A DNA stretch of 64,000 nt, from assembly GCA_964234715.1 (NCBI GenBank), contig OZ174284.1. One strand, written 5' to 3'. The translations under genes were made by a program, and so were the position numbers. Below, one piece after another: positions 24,609 through 37,585 of the stretch. The notes under the pieces are model-generated. The model was given only the letters and a program-made list of their open reading frames with translations. It did not search any database and had not been told where the DNA came from. Position 1 is the stretch's first letter. The number at the start of each line of letters is the position of its first letter. The stretch is from Podarcis melisellensis (lineage: Eukaryota).

Positions 24609-25709
24609 AGACTGCAAAAAAAAAATACAAATAAAAGAAATATCAGGAAGGGATACCAAGAGCAAAGAACAGCCTCCTCCCTTCCCAAAAGTTCCTTCTT
24701 GAGAACACAAAATAAGTGAATGTACGGTGAATATGAATATGTGTGAAGTCTGTACATTCCAAATCAGTAGGCTTGCAAGAGACAGCCAAAATCTGGAGGA
24801 CAAAATTTTTGGATGTGCAAGCTAGAAGTATGCTGAATTTGGGGGGGCAGGGAGTCATAGCCATGTACTATTCTCAAATCTTAAATCAGATCCCTGGATA
24901 TACTTTTGTCACCACTCCCAAGCACCAGATATACTTCTACGGCAGTGCAATGACTGGATTCAGGGAGTGAATGCAAAAAGTGGACCTTGCATGTCTGGCT
25001 CATTTTGATATCTGAAAGATTTGGACTGGAATCCAAGTCATTTCTTTGTGGTAACTGGAGGTTGGGTATAGAACTTGTGTACAAAGAATGAGCGAACTGT
25101 GTTTATTTTATACCTTGGCACAACCATATTTGATATAGATAAATGTTTTGATGGGTCAGACAATACAGGTGAGCCCTAAATTTCCAAAAGAATAATTAGA
25201 AGCATGCAGTCCTACTACCTCTGTTTCTCTAGGATGGAGCAGTTAATCTACCAGATTTTGCTGAACTCCATCTCCAATCAGCCCCAACCAGCATTGCAAA
25301 TGGTCAGAGTCCAGAATTGTGGGAGCTGGAGTCCGAACAATATCTGGAGGGCCACAGGGTTCTCCATCCCTGCTCTAGGTCGTGGGAAGAGAGCCCTCTT
25401 GCCACAGGGTAGCTATGGAATCTGAACCTATATGTTGCTGTTGTTGCTACTGCAGTGTTGTCTTTCTATTGAAATCGACCACTTCTGAACGGTGAAAGAA
25501 AACCACGTTTAATACCCACGTTATGAAAATGTACAAATTAGATACGATTAAAAGAGTTCTGGTTCTGAATCCTTCTAAGGTTGAGAAGATTAACTGGTTT
25601 GGGTGTCAGTGGAGCTTACAGATCGCAAAGGTGGGGCAAAGCACACATTAAATGCGGGTTTGCATTTATTTATTTTTAATCGCCCCTGTATGCTAAATGT
25701 GCATTTAGT

Positions 25710-25711
<2 letters not shown>

Positions 25712-25757
<46 letters not shown>
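25712..25757. repeat. (GT)n microsatellite
   Basis: Directly visible. Confidence 0.97.
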
Positions 25758-25760
<3 letters not shown>

Positions 25761-25971
25761 CACTAGGGGCATATATTTCTCTGGAAGAGAAGAGAATCTG
25801 GAATGCCTTGATGCTATGATATATTTTTGCCCAGGCTCATGGAATCCTGTCCTTAGAAGGGGTAGGGTGTCTTGGGAATGGGGCGGAACCGGACTTTCCT
25901 GCAGACTGTGGAATTTTCCCGAGTGGTTGCATAATGATATGCCGGGTTAACTCCCACTCACCCACACTTAC

Positions 25972-26560
25972 CTTATTTTCTTCTCTGGGCATCCTCATTT
26001 GCCTGGCCCTGCTCTCACCTCCTGAAGCCTTCCCCCCTATAACCAACCCTTCTTCGTCATCCCGCTCCTAAATCTGCTGTTCCGCTGAGCATCACTCCCT
26101 GCACCCTCGTATCAAAATCTCTCAGCAGCACCTACACGGACAGCAGCATCCTTTCGCCCTTATCCTTAGAAGCTACTGGCGCAGGCGAGAGCGCCAAGGG
26201 AACTCCGGGTAGGGCAGGAGCTTCAGTCGGGCTTCAATTTGGCACTGGGCATGTGCGAGGGGTCTGTGCCCGCGCCAGGGAGGCGGAGCCAAGGCTGCCG
26301 CGCGCCGCCTTTGCACCTGCAGTAATGTGTCACCGCGAATAGATGGGCGGGCGGGCGCTGCCGAGCGCGCCGCTTGCCTCGCCTCGTCGTTCTCCGGGGT
26401 GTCGCCGCGGAGTGTCCCCCCCCCCCTCCAGCCGCCACACGCCACACGCCTCCTTCCGCGCCCGCGGCTCCTTTGCAGCTGTGAGGCTGCCGCCGCTTTC
26501 CCAACCCGACGAAGCCCTTCCCTGACCCAGCAACGTTTCCCTCGTTGCCAGGCTCGAGAG
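25972..26560 (-). other. Putative first exon of a leftward transcript
   Basis: Consensus donor AAG|GTAAGT at 25972/25971 at the left edge of the CpG island; TSS position is approximate. Confidence 0.45.
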
Positions 26561-27300
26561 TGACATCACCCGCGACCAATCGCTGCCCGGCGCTCTCGCG
26601 CTCCGCCACCGCCCCCCGGCCCCCTCCCGCTCTTGCCCCAATCAGCTCGGTTCGCCCACAGCCCCCTCAGGCAAAGGCGGGCAACTGTCAAGGCGTTTTG
26701 GGGGGTGGACTTCGCTGAGGAGAAGGGAGGGAGGTGGGCGCGCGCGCAGGGGGCAAGGCAGCCAAGCCTAGCCAAGCCAAGCCAAGCAGGGCAGGGCGCT
26801 CCCAGGTGCTTGCGGCTGAACGCGGGAAACCTCCAGCTGCGCAGCCCCCTCCCGCCCGCCGCACCTCGCGCGCGTTTTTCCCTCAGCAGCGCGGTCCCCG
26901 CACAGGTAGGACTTGGCTTCTTATTGTTATCCGCACCCAGGGAGATTTCGAAGAGCTGGGTTGGGTGTTTAAATCCACCTCAGGGGTGGTGAGGGGGGTG
27001 GGCTGGATAGGTTGGGGGGAGGGGGGCTGCTGCCTGCTGCCGCGAGCTTTTCTGAGGGAGTGTCGCTCTGAGGAAAGGAGATGTGCGCGCCTCCAAAAGC
27101 GTCCCCAGGTTTATGGGTCGTTTTCAGTCGCCCTCTTCTGGGGAGGCAGAAGCTGGCCGAGTTGCCGCCGCGCGCGCAACAGAAGGATGAGGCAAGTTTC
27201 CTCGGGGAAGCTCCGCCGCCCAAGCAGCCCGCTCGATTGAGCAGCAGCACTGCAATACCCAGAGCAATTAGCTCGGCTGGAAGGACGCAGCCGGTTTGGG
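26150..27300. promoter_or_regulatory. CpG island, probable bidirectional promoter
   Basis: Non-repetitive, GC- and CpG-rich; CCAAT at 26576 and 26638, TGACATCA at 26561-26568, GC boxes, GCGCAGGCG (NRF1-like) at ~26179; splice donors face outward on both strands. Confidence 0.85.
26660..26905 (+). other. Putative non-coding first exon of a rightward transcript
   Basis: Lies downstream of two CCAAT boxes; donor CAG|GTAGGA at 26905/26906; start is approximate. Confidence 0.45.
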
Positions 27301-29549
27301 GTGGGGGGAAGACGTTGCTCTGAGATTATACGCTGCCTCATCCAATGTATTGGCCAATATATTTCTCTTGCTTTCCCCAATGCATCTCCCACCCCCCTTG
27401 CCACCCCACCCCCCGCGCTTCCCACCTTTCCGTCTTGCAATATCAGAAGTTAAAGAGAGGCGATTCTCACCTTGCAATTCCACCCTCCCAGTTCCATCCA
27501 CTTCAGTGGTGAAACGCATTTGGCTGCTGCTTCTTTTTTCTTTTTTGCACGGGCTGTGATGATGGGGGGAAAACAAATCCATGTTGCCGGTGCAGATGGC
27601 AGGAATGGGTTTTATTTCTTTCTGAGCTTTCCCGTTTTCTCAGTTGCGCCACAGCTTTTAGGAGCACCTTGTGGAGATCTGCTGCTGCAGACAGGGGAAC
27701 ACCAAGGAGAAAAGAGAAAGGAGATCCTTTAAGCTGGGTCTCGTAAAAGATCCATGTCGCCCAGGGGTGACATTTTCAGTGTGTGTGTGGGGGGGGGGTG
27801 ATGTTCACACAAGCATTCCTAATTAGTTGTTAATTTACAAGGTCTGAACTCAGGGGAGTGTTTACTGGGGAGACCCAGCAGGAAACTCGCTTAGGATTTT
27901 CTCCCCTGTAAGGAAATGATCCATTGGGACAATATTTGTTTGATAGGAGGCAGGTTGGTATGAAAGGGTTCGTTAACCAGTGTTAGAGGATACAATGAAA
28001 GGCATATTACAGAAATTGGCAAAATTAGTGACAAGGCAGATGAAATGGGCTGTTCGAATTGTTATTGCTACCATCCCTGAAGGGAATCTTCAACACATCC
28101 TCATTGCTGCTGTTAACATTTCAACCCTAAAGGAGCTGCATATACAAAGCAGGAACTGGGTCATATAATTCAACATAAACTTTATTTTTTTAAAATCCTG
28201 TTACATAAAATTGGCCTGGGCTGGCACAAAAATAGTTGAGTTGAAGGAGCCTAATACAAGGGATGCAGTTCTCTTTAATGTCTATGATATCCTCTGGTAT
28301 ATAAATGAATAATGCAGCATTAATGTAATTCGCACATCCATTTTGGTACTGCTGTGGTGGTTCTGCAGGCATCTTGTGTAGAGGCTGCTTCCATTCCAGA
28401 AGGCAGGTTTGGTCTCTATCTCACTTTTTTTTTTTTTTTTGGTCCAACGTTTTATATGTCTTACATAATTTGCAATTTGCATTTGGATGAAATTTATTTC
28501 CCCCCCCCCCACACACACACTTTTACTGTTACTCTTTTAAAAATTGCCAGTTAGTGCAAACGTTGCAGTGTATATGTTGCATTTCACCTTGGTTATAGTA
28601 ACACCTGCTGGAGAGAACAGAGACATTGCTTCCAGAATCGGCTACTGCTGAATTTCAGCTGCACCACACTCATACTAAATAGGTGCAATACGTAGAAATG
28701 AGCTTGAATGGCTTCGGTATAAAACCATTCCAAATTACTGTTTTCATCTCCAGTCAAGACCATAGGCTGTTAAGGGTTGGAAGCAGTAAATGATGACCTT
28801 AGAGATATAATGACAGGGGGAGAAACACTGTGCCACACAGGAGCTTGTTGTTTTCGTATGAAGGCACTAGGGCATCCAGAGTCCTTTACCTGGGCCTTAT
28901 TCTGCTGGTTGCCAATGTGCTATTCTTTGCCTTTCTCCTCTGGAATCCCTAAGTTCTGTCTTCTACATACAGTTATGACCTCAGAAAACCCAATATTCTC
29001 TAGGGCTCTTTAAGATTTTTGTTTGCCCCGAGAGAAGGAAGGAATCCTGGGTCAGGGATTCCCTCCCACCATCAGTCCACCAGTGGGGACCTCTTCTGCA
29101 TTTTATACCATTCGTTTGTTTGGGTGTTTTAAAATTGTAAACTGCTTTGACAGGAATCTGGTATATAAATGCAGCAAATAATTAAATGAAATGCCATTAA
29201 TTTTTTTTTAAGAGAATGCTTTGTTAGCAGGATTATGCAAGTATTTTTTTTGGGGGGGGTCCATTTCTTTAAGAAAAGGAAACCCTATTTTGGATGTTTA
29301 TTTGAAATTCTCTGATTTTCTGCATAATGTGTCCTGCAACTTGGGAGCCCTGTAAACAGAACATGTTCAGATCCAAGCTGGAAAAAACACACACACATGA
29401 ATCCCATAAATGAGCAAACATTGAAAATGTAATCCTGCATATCTTGACCATTTATGCAATTGCCAATAAGTTGGGTAAGAGTGATCACCTTGGATTCATT
29501 ATATTGGATGATAGCTCATAGAGCCATAAGGAAGGATCATTCATGAAGA

Positions 29550-29778
29550 CAGCCAGTGAGGTGTAGTGGTTATAGTATTTGACTAGGACCTGAAAGACCA
29601 GGGTTCAAAGCCCCACTCGGCCATGAAGTTATTAGGTGACCATCAGCAAAATCACTTTCTATTAGCCCAACCTACCTCATAAGGCTGTTGTGAAGATAAA
29701 ATGGGGAGAGGGGACCATGTGACCACCTTGAACTCCTTGGAGGAAAGATGGGGTAGAAATAAAATGAATGAATGAATG
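29550..29778 (+). mobile_element. Squam3-like tRNA-derived SINE
   Basis: agccagtgaggtgtagtggtt head, B-box-like gggttcaaagcc, (gaat)n tail. Confidence 0.7.
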
Positions 29779-29813
29779 CACCAATTCCTTTAACCCCCTC
29801 CCCCATCCATCTG

Positions 29814-29814
<1 letters not shown>

Positions 29815-29849
<35 letters not shown>
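29815..29849. repeat. (AAT)n microsatellite
   Basis: Directly visible. Confidence 0.9.
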
Positions 29850-30558
29850 TTATTTTTGCTCAGGGTGGCTAATAATAAAGACTGTAGCATTCTCCAGGTA
29901 CAGAACAGGGACAAGCAAGGTTATGCACAAGTCAATAATACTGTAACTACTGGTTGAAAGGAAGGTGGCCTTACTAGTCAGCTATCTGAGTGGACAGAAA
30001 GGGATGAAATGGCAAATAGATCCTGAGCACAAAGAAAAGCCCACATACTTTACCCAGCATTCCAAGGAGCCATACCTATGATAGCTTAATGAAAGTTAAC
30101 TATTTTTTAACTATCTTGGTATACTTGCAAGCATGGAAGCTGAATGTCAGTTGTCTTCCACACTTCCAATGCATGCAGATACGTAAACTGGGGGTGGCAG
30201 TCTAACCATAACTGATTTGAATGTGGAATTAAGGTGTTATACTTTTTCTGATTGTGTTAATTAACACTGAATACAAGAGTGTGGTTTTTGCATGTAACTT
30301 TAGGCCCACTAGCACAAGTCTACCTCACACACAGCACCATGATTTGATTGTATTGAGATTAGAGGGAGAGTTGGTTCTCCTGAGCACACTACTATAACTG
30401 CTTGGGTATTACTTCTGAGCATTTTGGAAGGAGTGGTATCCCAATCTGTGTCTTCTCTGCTCATATGACAGCCTATCTGGGATAGATGGTTTCAGAGGGA
30501 ACTTCCCACAAAACTCATTCTGTCTTTTGCATTTGTATCTTGCGCTCGGAACGACATA

Positions 30559-30764
30559 CAGTGGTACCTCAGGTTAAGAACTTAATTCATTCCAGAGGTC
30601 CGTTCTTAACCTGAAACTGTTCTTAACCACTTTAGCTAATGGGCCCTCACGCTGCCGCCGCACGATTTCTGTTCTCATCTTGAGGTAAAGTTCTTAACCC
30701 AAGGTACTATTTCTGGGTTAGTGGCGTCTGTAACCTGAAGCGTCTGTAACCCGAGGTACCACTG
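30559..30764 (+). mobile_element. Tigger-like MITE family A
   Basis: cagtggtacctc...gaggtaccactg, TA flanks. Confidence 0.9.
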
Positions 30765-32655
30765 TACATTAGTTTCTCCGAGTTTTTACCCTTATAGCAG
30801 CTTTGTGAGGTAGTATAGGATGGGAGATGCCCAAAGGACATCTGGTAAGATTTAAACCTAGGCCCCTCTTATCCCAGGTATAACACTCTTTATCATACTT
30901 ATTCAGGCGTTATCAGCATTGAATATCTTATAGCTAGCCCCCTTGAACATCATTCTTAAAAGGTCACCTACTTGGAGAATAAGTTCTTCGTTTTGCTATG
31001 ATGCCCAGATGAACTGGAGGCAGGAAAAAGAGAAACGTTAAAAGGATTTGCCCTTGTAAAGTCCCATAATATTAACAGATAAAGAAAAGATCCACCTAGT
31101 TTGGGTTTTAAGTGTTCAGTCATACAGCCAATGACTCTTAGATATTTTGAAAGGTTTCAAGATTTAAGGGAGCTAAGTGCTGAAGCCTAAAGGGATATTG
31201 ATGAGGTTTAGAGAAGTTGAAATCTTGATGCAACAACAAGTACAGAGAGCTAGCGAAGCACAGGGCATGAGCCATAAATTGGATATCGCCTTTAGCATCA
31301 TCTCACTATGATGACTTAAACTTCTTTTGTAGAGAAGGTGGGATCCTGTGGGATCCACCAGGCTTCCCAGACCACAAAACAAATGGGTTCTGGTATTTTT
31401 CAAGAATATTCTTCTTTCATATTCCCAACTGAGACAGGAGTAGAAGATTTTATGGCTTTAATTTAGTGTATGCAGTTCCATTAATGTAATGCTTTGTTGC
31501 CACAGCTTTCAAAGGAATTCCTTGGGTTTTCCATTTTTAATAGTTATAAATAGACATCTCAGAGCCATTACTTCTTGCACTTACTTTGAATGAGCTGCTG
31601 ATACTAGAGCCATTTTTCTCTTAAATAAATAATCTCTGCTTGCGCTAACAGATTTTATTTCTTCACCACAAATTGTGATCTTGATGTATAACTCCACCCT
31701 CTTTCCTGTAAATACAGTTAATGTATTCTTATGTATAGTTCCTATGTATTCCAGTCCTGGTTACTTCTGAAACTATCATTATTTTCTGCAATTAATTAAG
31801 AACTATATCAGATATATTTTGTTTGTGTGATACAGCTGTATCATGTCATAGTATGAGCCCTCTTGCCAAATCTCTTTCATTCCATCTTTATATTTATTTA
31901 ACCTTGGCTGGTTTTATTTTTAAAGTTTATATTCTGCCCTTCAAAAATAAATAAAAATAAAACAAATATATTAAGACCAAGGCAATCTTAAACATCATAA
32001 AATCAGCATATAATTTTAATAAATGAATGATTGGGAAAATAAAAGCATATTTGTCTGCTTCCTAAGATAGCTATTAGGCAAATCTCCCTTTATGGTCTTC
32101 AATTTCCACTCTAACCATCAGGTAAGGTTGATTTGACCCTCTCCTTTCACTTTGTTCCTGATGTAGATCTTCACTGACTCCTTCTTCCCTTGGTGGGGAA
32201 AGGCACCTTTCTGTGTCTCAGGTGCCAAAATGACTTGGGCTGGCCCTGTTTATTGCCCTGCTGTAAAGAGGTCCATGCCAATTTCTGCATATCAAATAGA
32301 TTTTTTTGAAGGCACGGGAAGAGGATACGATAGCTTTTGTCTGGCCACTTGGCAATTTAAAACTTCACAGTAACTAAGTAGGATGTCTGTAGGACAGCCA
32401 ATTTTTATGAACAGAATCTATAGATGTGTCTGTAGCTGCTGTTTGATCTGGTGCAGTAGTAAGTTATATAATATTTATCTGCAAGGTGTGAAAGCTTAGC
32501 CTGTGAGTTGCAGCAGGTATGGAGGCAGCTACATCCCAGAGCAAAAAGTGAACTCCCAATTTTCTCTTTGCAAGTAGTGCTCCCTGTCAGCACCAGTGAG
32601 TGCCACTGCCTTTAAGGGGCTTGCTGTGAACTTAAAAGTATAAGGTATCACAATG

Positions 32656-32897
32656 CAGTGGTACCTCGGTTTAAGAACCGAGCCGGTTTAAGAAGGATTG
32701 GGTTTACAAACTTTGCAAAACCGGAAATAGTGTCTCGGTTTGAGAACTTTGCCTTGGTCTAAGAATGGAATCTGAACAGTGGAAGGACACCAGCAGCGGG
32801 AGGCCTCATTAGGGAAAGCACACCTTGGTTTAAGAATGGTTTTGGTTTTAGAACGGACATCCGAAATGGATTATGTTTGTAAACCAAGGTACCACTG
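32656..32897. mobile_element. Tigger-like MITE, related family with ggtttaagaa subterminal repeats
   Basis: TIRs cagtggtacct / aggtaccactg followed by TA. Confidence 0.85.
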
Positions 32898-33017
32898 TAT
32901 ATCATTTGTTGCAACTGAATAATACAGTTACCAATCTAGAAACTGGTAGGCCAGTTGACAATCTATCCATATTACAATCTTCCTTTCCCTTCAATGAACT
33001 TCCTGTGGAAGATTATG

Positions 33018-33233
33018 TAGGGTTGCCATACACCAAGAATTTCCTGGACATAGCCGGGATTTGGCTGTCGGAAACAGTGTCCGGGCGGAAATCATTGGAA
33101 TGTCCGGGAAGATCAGGACATATGACAACCCATGTCAGAAGTTTAGATTTTGGTGAATTTTCTTTTAAAAATAGCTCAAAAATGTCTTTTTTGTGTGTGT
33201 CCAGATTTTCACTTTTTGAAATATGGCAACCCC
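33018..33233. mobile_element. hAT (Blackjack-like) MITE
   Basis: TIRs gggttgccata / tatggcaaccc; 8-bp TSD agattatg at 33010-33017 and 33234-33241. Confidence 0.75.
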
Positions 33234-33464
33234 AGATTATGACATTCCATAAGAGATTAGAAATGCTTGCAACTATAGTAGTGAGCTGCTCCTAATTGTA
33301 TAAAGGACACACTGGGGTAGACTTGTAAATTGCAGCATATGTCAGGGGAGTTTTATTGAATTTGCATAATGAATAGCCTTTAGGAGAAACTGGTCATTAA
33401 GGTTGTAATCCTAAACACACTTACTAGGGAGTAAGTGCCACTGAACTCAGCAGTGCGTCTAGAT

Positions 33465-33717
33465 CAGGGGCAGGCAACCTAAGGCCCGGGGGCCGGATGC
33501 GGCCCAATCGCCTTCTCAATCTGGCCCATGGATGGTCCAGGAGTCAGCATGTTTTTAAATGAGTAGAATGTGTGCTTTTATTTAAAACACATCTCTGGGT
33601 TATTTGTGGGGCATAGGAATTCGTTCATTTATTTATTTTTCAAAATATAGTCTGGCCCACCACATGATCTGAGGGACGGTGGACCAGCCCACGGCTGTAA
33701 AAGGTTGCTGACCCCTG
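33465..33717. mobile_element. hAT (Charlie-type) MITE
   Basis: TIRs caggggcaggcaacct / aggttgctgacccctg; perfect 8-bp TSD gtctagat. Confidence 0.88.
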
Positions 33718-33815
33718 GTCTAGATCTCTGCATTTTTAATGATGAGGGGTAAATATGTATACATGTCTGCATTTTTAAGGATGAGCTGATTTTAAGGGTA
33801 TTTTTTCTCTTTCAG

Positions 33816-34050
33816 AAGTTCAAACCGAACCTATTATAATGTTTCTGCTTTACAATATATATGTTTTCCTTTTCAAAACCTTATTATTGTGATAAGCAAA
33901 GCAACAGAAATGGAGAGACTGATCTGTTCTTCATTATAAGGATGGGGTGGAGCAAAAGGCAAACTGAATGTGACTGAAGCAAACTACTTGAAATGAGGAC
34001 ATATTACACATTTCTCTGAATACTGCACACGTTTAAAAGCATAAAGAAAG
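33816..34050 (+). other. Candidate non-coding exon
   Basis: Strong acceptor ttttttctctttcag| preceded by a ctgat branch-like site; donor AAG|GTTTGT; no long ORF. Confidence 0.35.
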
Positions 34051-34254
34051 GTTTGTAACTGAAACAGCCCCGGGTTTGTGATCCAGCACAGCTGTTTCAA
34101 TTCCATTCATACTCTCGCATTGTCAAATGTTCTTGGGAATTTTGCAAGCAGCTGACCCTGTTCCTTAAGTGTGGTTCATCTGTACAAACCTGTACTGTGT
34201 TGGCATATTATATTGAAGAATTCAAAGGAAGTGATGAGCTCTATTCCTTGACAG

Positions 34255-34405
34255 GTTTTCTCTTGATGAATCTTGCTACAGAAGCCTCCAATGTCAGGGT
34301 AGTTTGCTGTGCTGAGTTGCTGCAATTTACCATTTAGAATTACATCAGCATTAAGTATGCACAGCTGGATAATTATTCCCTTTTTCACACCCTTCAAACA
34401 AAATG
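34255..34405 (+). other. Candidate exon ending in a start codon (ATG|GTAAGT)
   Basis: Acceptor ttccttgacag|; caaaATG at 34403-34405 immediately followed by consensus donor GTAAGT. Confidence 0.4.
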
Positions 34406-35080
34406 GTAAGTCAGGATAAGAACAGGGTTTGTGAACAGTTTTAAAGAGTTTTGCACATGATGGTTGTTTTAGGTTTTAGAGTCTAGGAGCAGATTGGAGG
34501 AACTACAACCTTGCCTTTATCACCTCAAATCCATCTGAAAGTAAATTAGGCAGGCAGTTGCAAGATAGAGATGAGAGATGGAGCGTTAACATTAGGTCCA
34601 TAGTCAATAGTTTAGGCTTCCTCAACCTGGTATCCTCCAGAGGTTTTTGAATGCAACTCTTATCAGCCACAATCAGCATATCTGTACAAGGTTAGTGAAG
34701 GCTGGACTGGTGGCTATTTTCTTGCACTTAAACCTTGGAAATTTAGCTTCCAAAGCTCTTAGGAATGTTGGTTTTCAAATTTCTCATTGGTAGCATTTAG
34801 AGAATATTAGTGTCAGGCCATTCCTTTAGGCATTAATTGCCCAGTCATGAACATGTTTAGTTGGACCATCAGAGAGACGTGCGTCATTGTAATTATACTT
34901 AATATTGTATCCCACAAGTGCCATCAATAATAATAATAATAACAATTAAATAAAATATAATGTGTTAGAACACATTGCTGAACACATGTTCAGGCAACAG
35001 CTCTTCAGATTGCTGTTTGCCCCACTAGGAGAGGATTTAAGTGAATGATTTATTGGCCCTGCTGGCTGGAAAATTTGGGA

Positions 35081-35575
35081 TGTAACATAAGCAGTCAAGT
35101 ACAACACTTCCTGTTTGCCCAGAGTGGGCACAAAGGCGGATGTTACTCCAGCCAGGAGGACTTCCTGTCGCACCTGGTCTGGAGCATCCTCCCCCTGCGT
35201 GTGATCAGGTAGATGGGTGTGACCCTGTGAGACCCTGTAAAAGGGCCAGTCACACAGCCATCTTCCTCTTTGACTCTTGATCTCGATGCCTTTGCTGTCT
35301 GCTGGCTCTCAGCCAGCAGCACATGGGCTCAATCTTCATATGGGATGAACTCAAACTCTATTCTGTAACTACAAGCTAAAGTTTGCCTTCGGGGAACCTT
35401 CTGTGAACTGAATATAAGTAAACCTTTTATTACTTTTAAAGAAGACTGCTGTGTCTTTATTCTTTTTAAGAGGGAACAAATGGGATTTACCAGGAACAAA
35501 ACCCAATCTGGACAAGCCAGATTGGATTGCTTAAGTAGATTCAAATGAACCTACTAACTAGCTTCCTGCAATATA
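35081..35575 (+). mobile_element. Candidate solo LTR
   Basis: Starts TGT; flanked by direct repeat ttggga; TATA-like gtaaaaggg at ~35237 and AGTAAA at ~35417; 3' end is TA rather than CA. Confidence 0.5.
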
Positions 35576-35820
35576 TTGGGATATATACTCTGCTACTGAC
35601 TCACTAGCATGAGTGAGGAAGGATAATATTTAATCAATATATCCTCTCCTACTATCCACAACATTCCCACAGAAAATAAGAAGAGCCTTGCTGGAAGAAG
35701 ATGCTAAAGGAGCAACTAATTGAGCATCCATAAAGTGACCAGGGGTTTGTGGGAAGCTCACAATCAGGGGAAAATTGGAGTTGTCGTCCAATGACATTTG
35801 GAGGGCCACAGGTTTCCCTG

Positions 35821-35886
35821 TAGTATAGTATAGTATAGTATAGTACAGTATAGTATAGTATAGTATAGTATAGTATAGTATAGTAT
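35821..35886. repeat. (TAGTA)n microsatellite
   Basis: Directly visible. Confidence 0.95.
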
Positions 35887-37428
35887 ACGGCAGAGGAGAG
35901 CAGGAGGAATATTTTGCCTTAAATGCCTCAGCCTAACTGTGATAGAGGACATGATCTGGAATCATTTCTTATATTAATCAGAGTGGCTGAAGCTATCTAA
36001 GCAAAGCAGCAACTGTCTATCTAAGCTGGAGACAACTATAAATTTGCCGAAAAGTACAACTACATGTTGGTTTACAAAACAAAACAAAACCCCACTCGGA
36101 CTAATTTCTGCTAACATATAGTCGTAGCTAAATATGAATTTTCAATGTGACTGAGTTATTAACTACCAATGGTAAAGACAGATTTAATTTTGGATCCTTT
36201 TTTAGAACATTGTTTCTTTGTAGCTATTAGGGCAATGTTCTGCAGTAAATATCCTATATATGCCCATGTGATTTTTTAAGAGGGTTGGTTGTTGGTGTCT
36301 TTGGGGGGGGGGGTTGCTGTTCTTAAAAACTGTTTCCCATAATTTGAGTTTCCTATACAAAGCTGCATTTCTGTGCTGTTTTTATTTACCCAGTAGAAAT
36401 TGGCAGGTGCTTCCTTTTCAAATGCCCAAAGAAGTAAGACTTGTAAGTAATGCTACTTGGGAATTGGCAGAGGATTCGGGTAAGGAAATTACTCCCTTGC
36501 CTCATACTACAATATTGTCTTTGAGAGACAAGTTCTTGTTGTGTTTCCTCTTTGGGAAAAGCATCAATTTGTCCTTTTCCCCCCCAAAGGGTGAAGGGAA
36601 GATATAAACAGCCATAAGGCCATAGAACTTTATGTGCTCATCCACACCAGCTGAGGAGTGGGTGGTTGCCTCTGCAGCTTTTCAGAAGTAGTTTTTGAAA
36701 GAAGAAAGGACTGAAAATACTTTCTCTTGTTCAGGCTTGGTGTCAGGGATTGTCATTGTTAGGCACTTGCCCGGGTCCCCAGTCTAGCTGGCCACCTCTT
36801 CCTCTCTCACTCTTCCTCCTTTGCTCCCTGGCTGTTCACACTTTTTCTGAGATAATGGAAATAGAGCATCCTATGCTCATCTTGCCCACTCTTTCTGGGC
36901 AGTGGTGCAGACTGGGCTCAGAGGAATAGAACAAATGAATGAGCTCAGAGGAAGAAGCTCACTCTAGACAGTGCATGCACTGAAAGAGTCCTTCCTAAGG
37001 GCCCCAGAAAACCTGGAGCTGTCAGTGCTCTTGATTTGCAGCAGTAAAGAATGAATGGCAAAATATATCATACACCTTGAGAGGTGCTGCTACACAAAGC
37101 CCCTTGTGGGGAAAAACTGAAAGGTGGGGGAAGTTGCCAGGTTGGCAGAAGAGGCTTTCCAGGTGGGAGGAAGTACATGTAGCTATGATAGTGTAATGAC
37201 CAGGTGGGTTGCTGTTGCTTACTGGGAGGGGTAAAGTGATGGGGAGGTCTGGTGCTCCTGCTGTTGCATTTCCACCACATCAACCTCCCTGCTGCCTCTC
37301 CCACTAAGCAACAATGACCCATCTGCTGGAAGCTAGCACAGCAGATCTGCCCCACCCAGCAAGCTGTTTCTGCAGGTTGGAAGAGGAGGCAGCACAATAT
37401 TAAGAGCATAGTGGTTAATTATCTACAC

Positions 37429-37585
37429 CACTGGTCTTCAGTTGATGGGTCACAGCATGATCCTGTAGTTCACAACAGGAGAACTACTACCATGCAAATA
37501 TATGGTAAAGGGTTAAGAAATGGGTTTCCAAATGCATGTTTGGGTTAAAAGTGGGCCCTGAATTTGAAAAGGCTGAAGATGCCTG
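37429..37585. mobile_element. Degenerate hAT MITE
   Basis: Flanks atctacac/atctagac; right end aaaaggctgaagatgcctg. Confidence 0.55.

Noticed and set aside
26173-27582. Many overlapping ORFs in the CpG island
   Set aside because: Expected from high GC content; no recognisable protein.
27556-27625. C/D box snoRNA (GTGATGA...CTGA)
   Set aside because: No convincing terminal stem or recognisable guide; likely a chance match.
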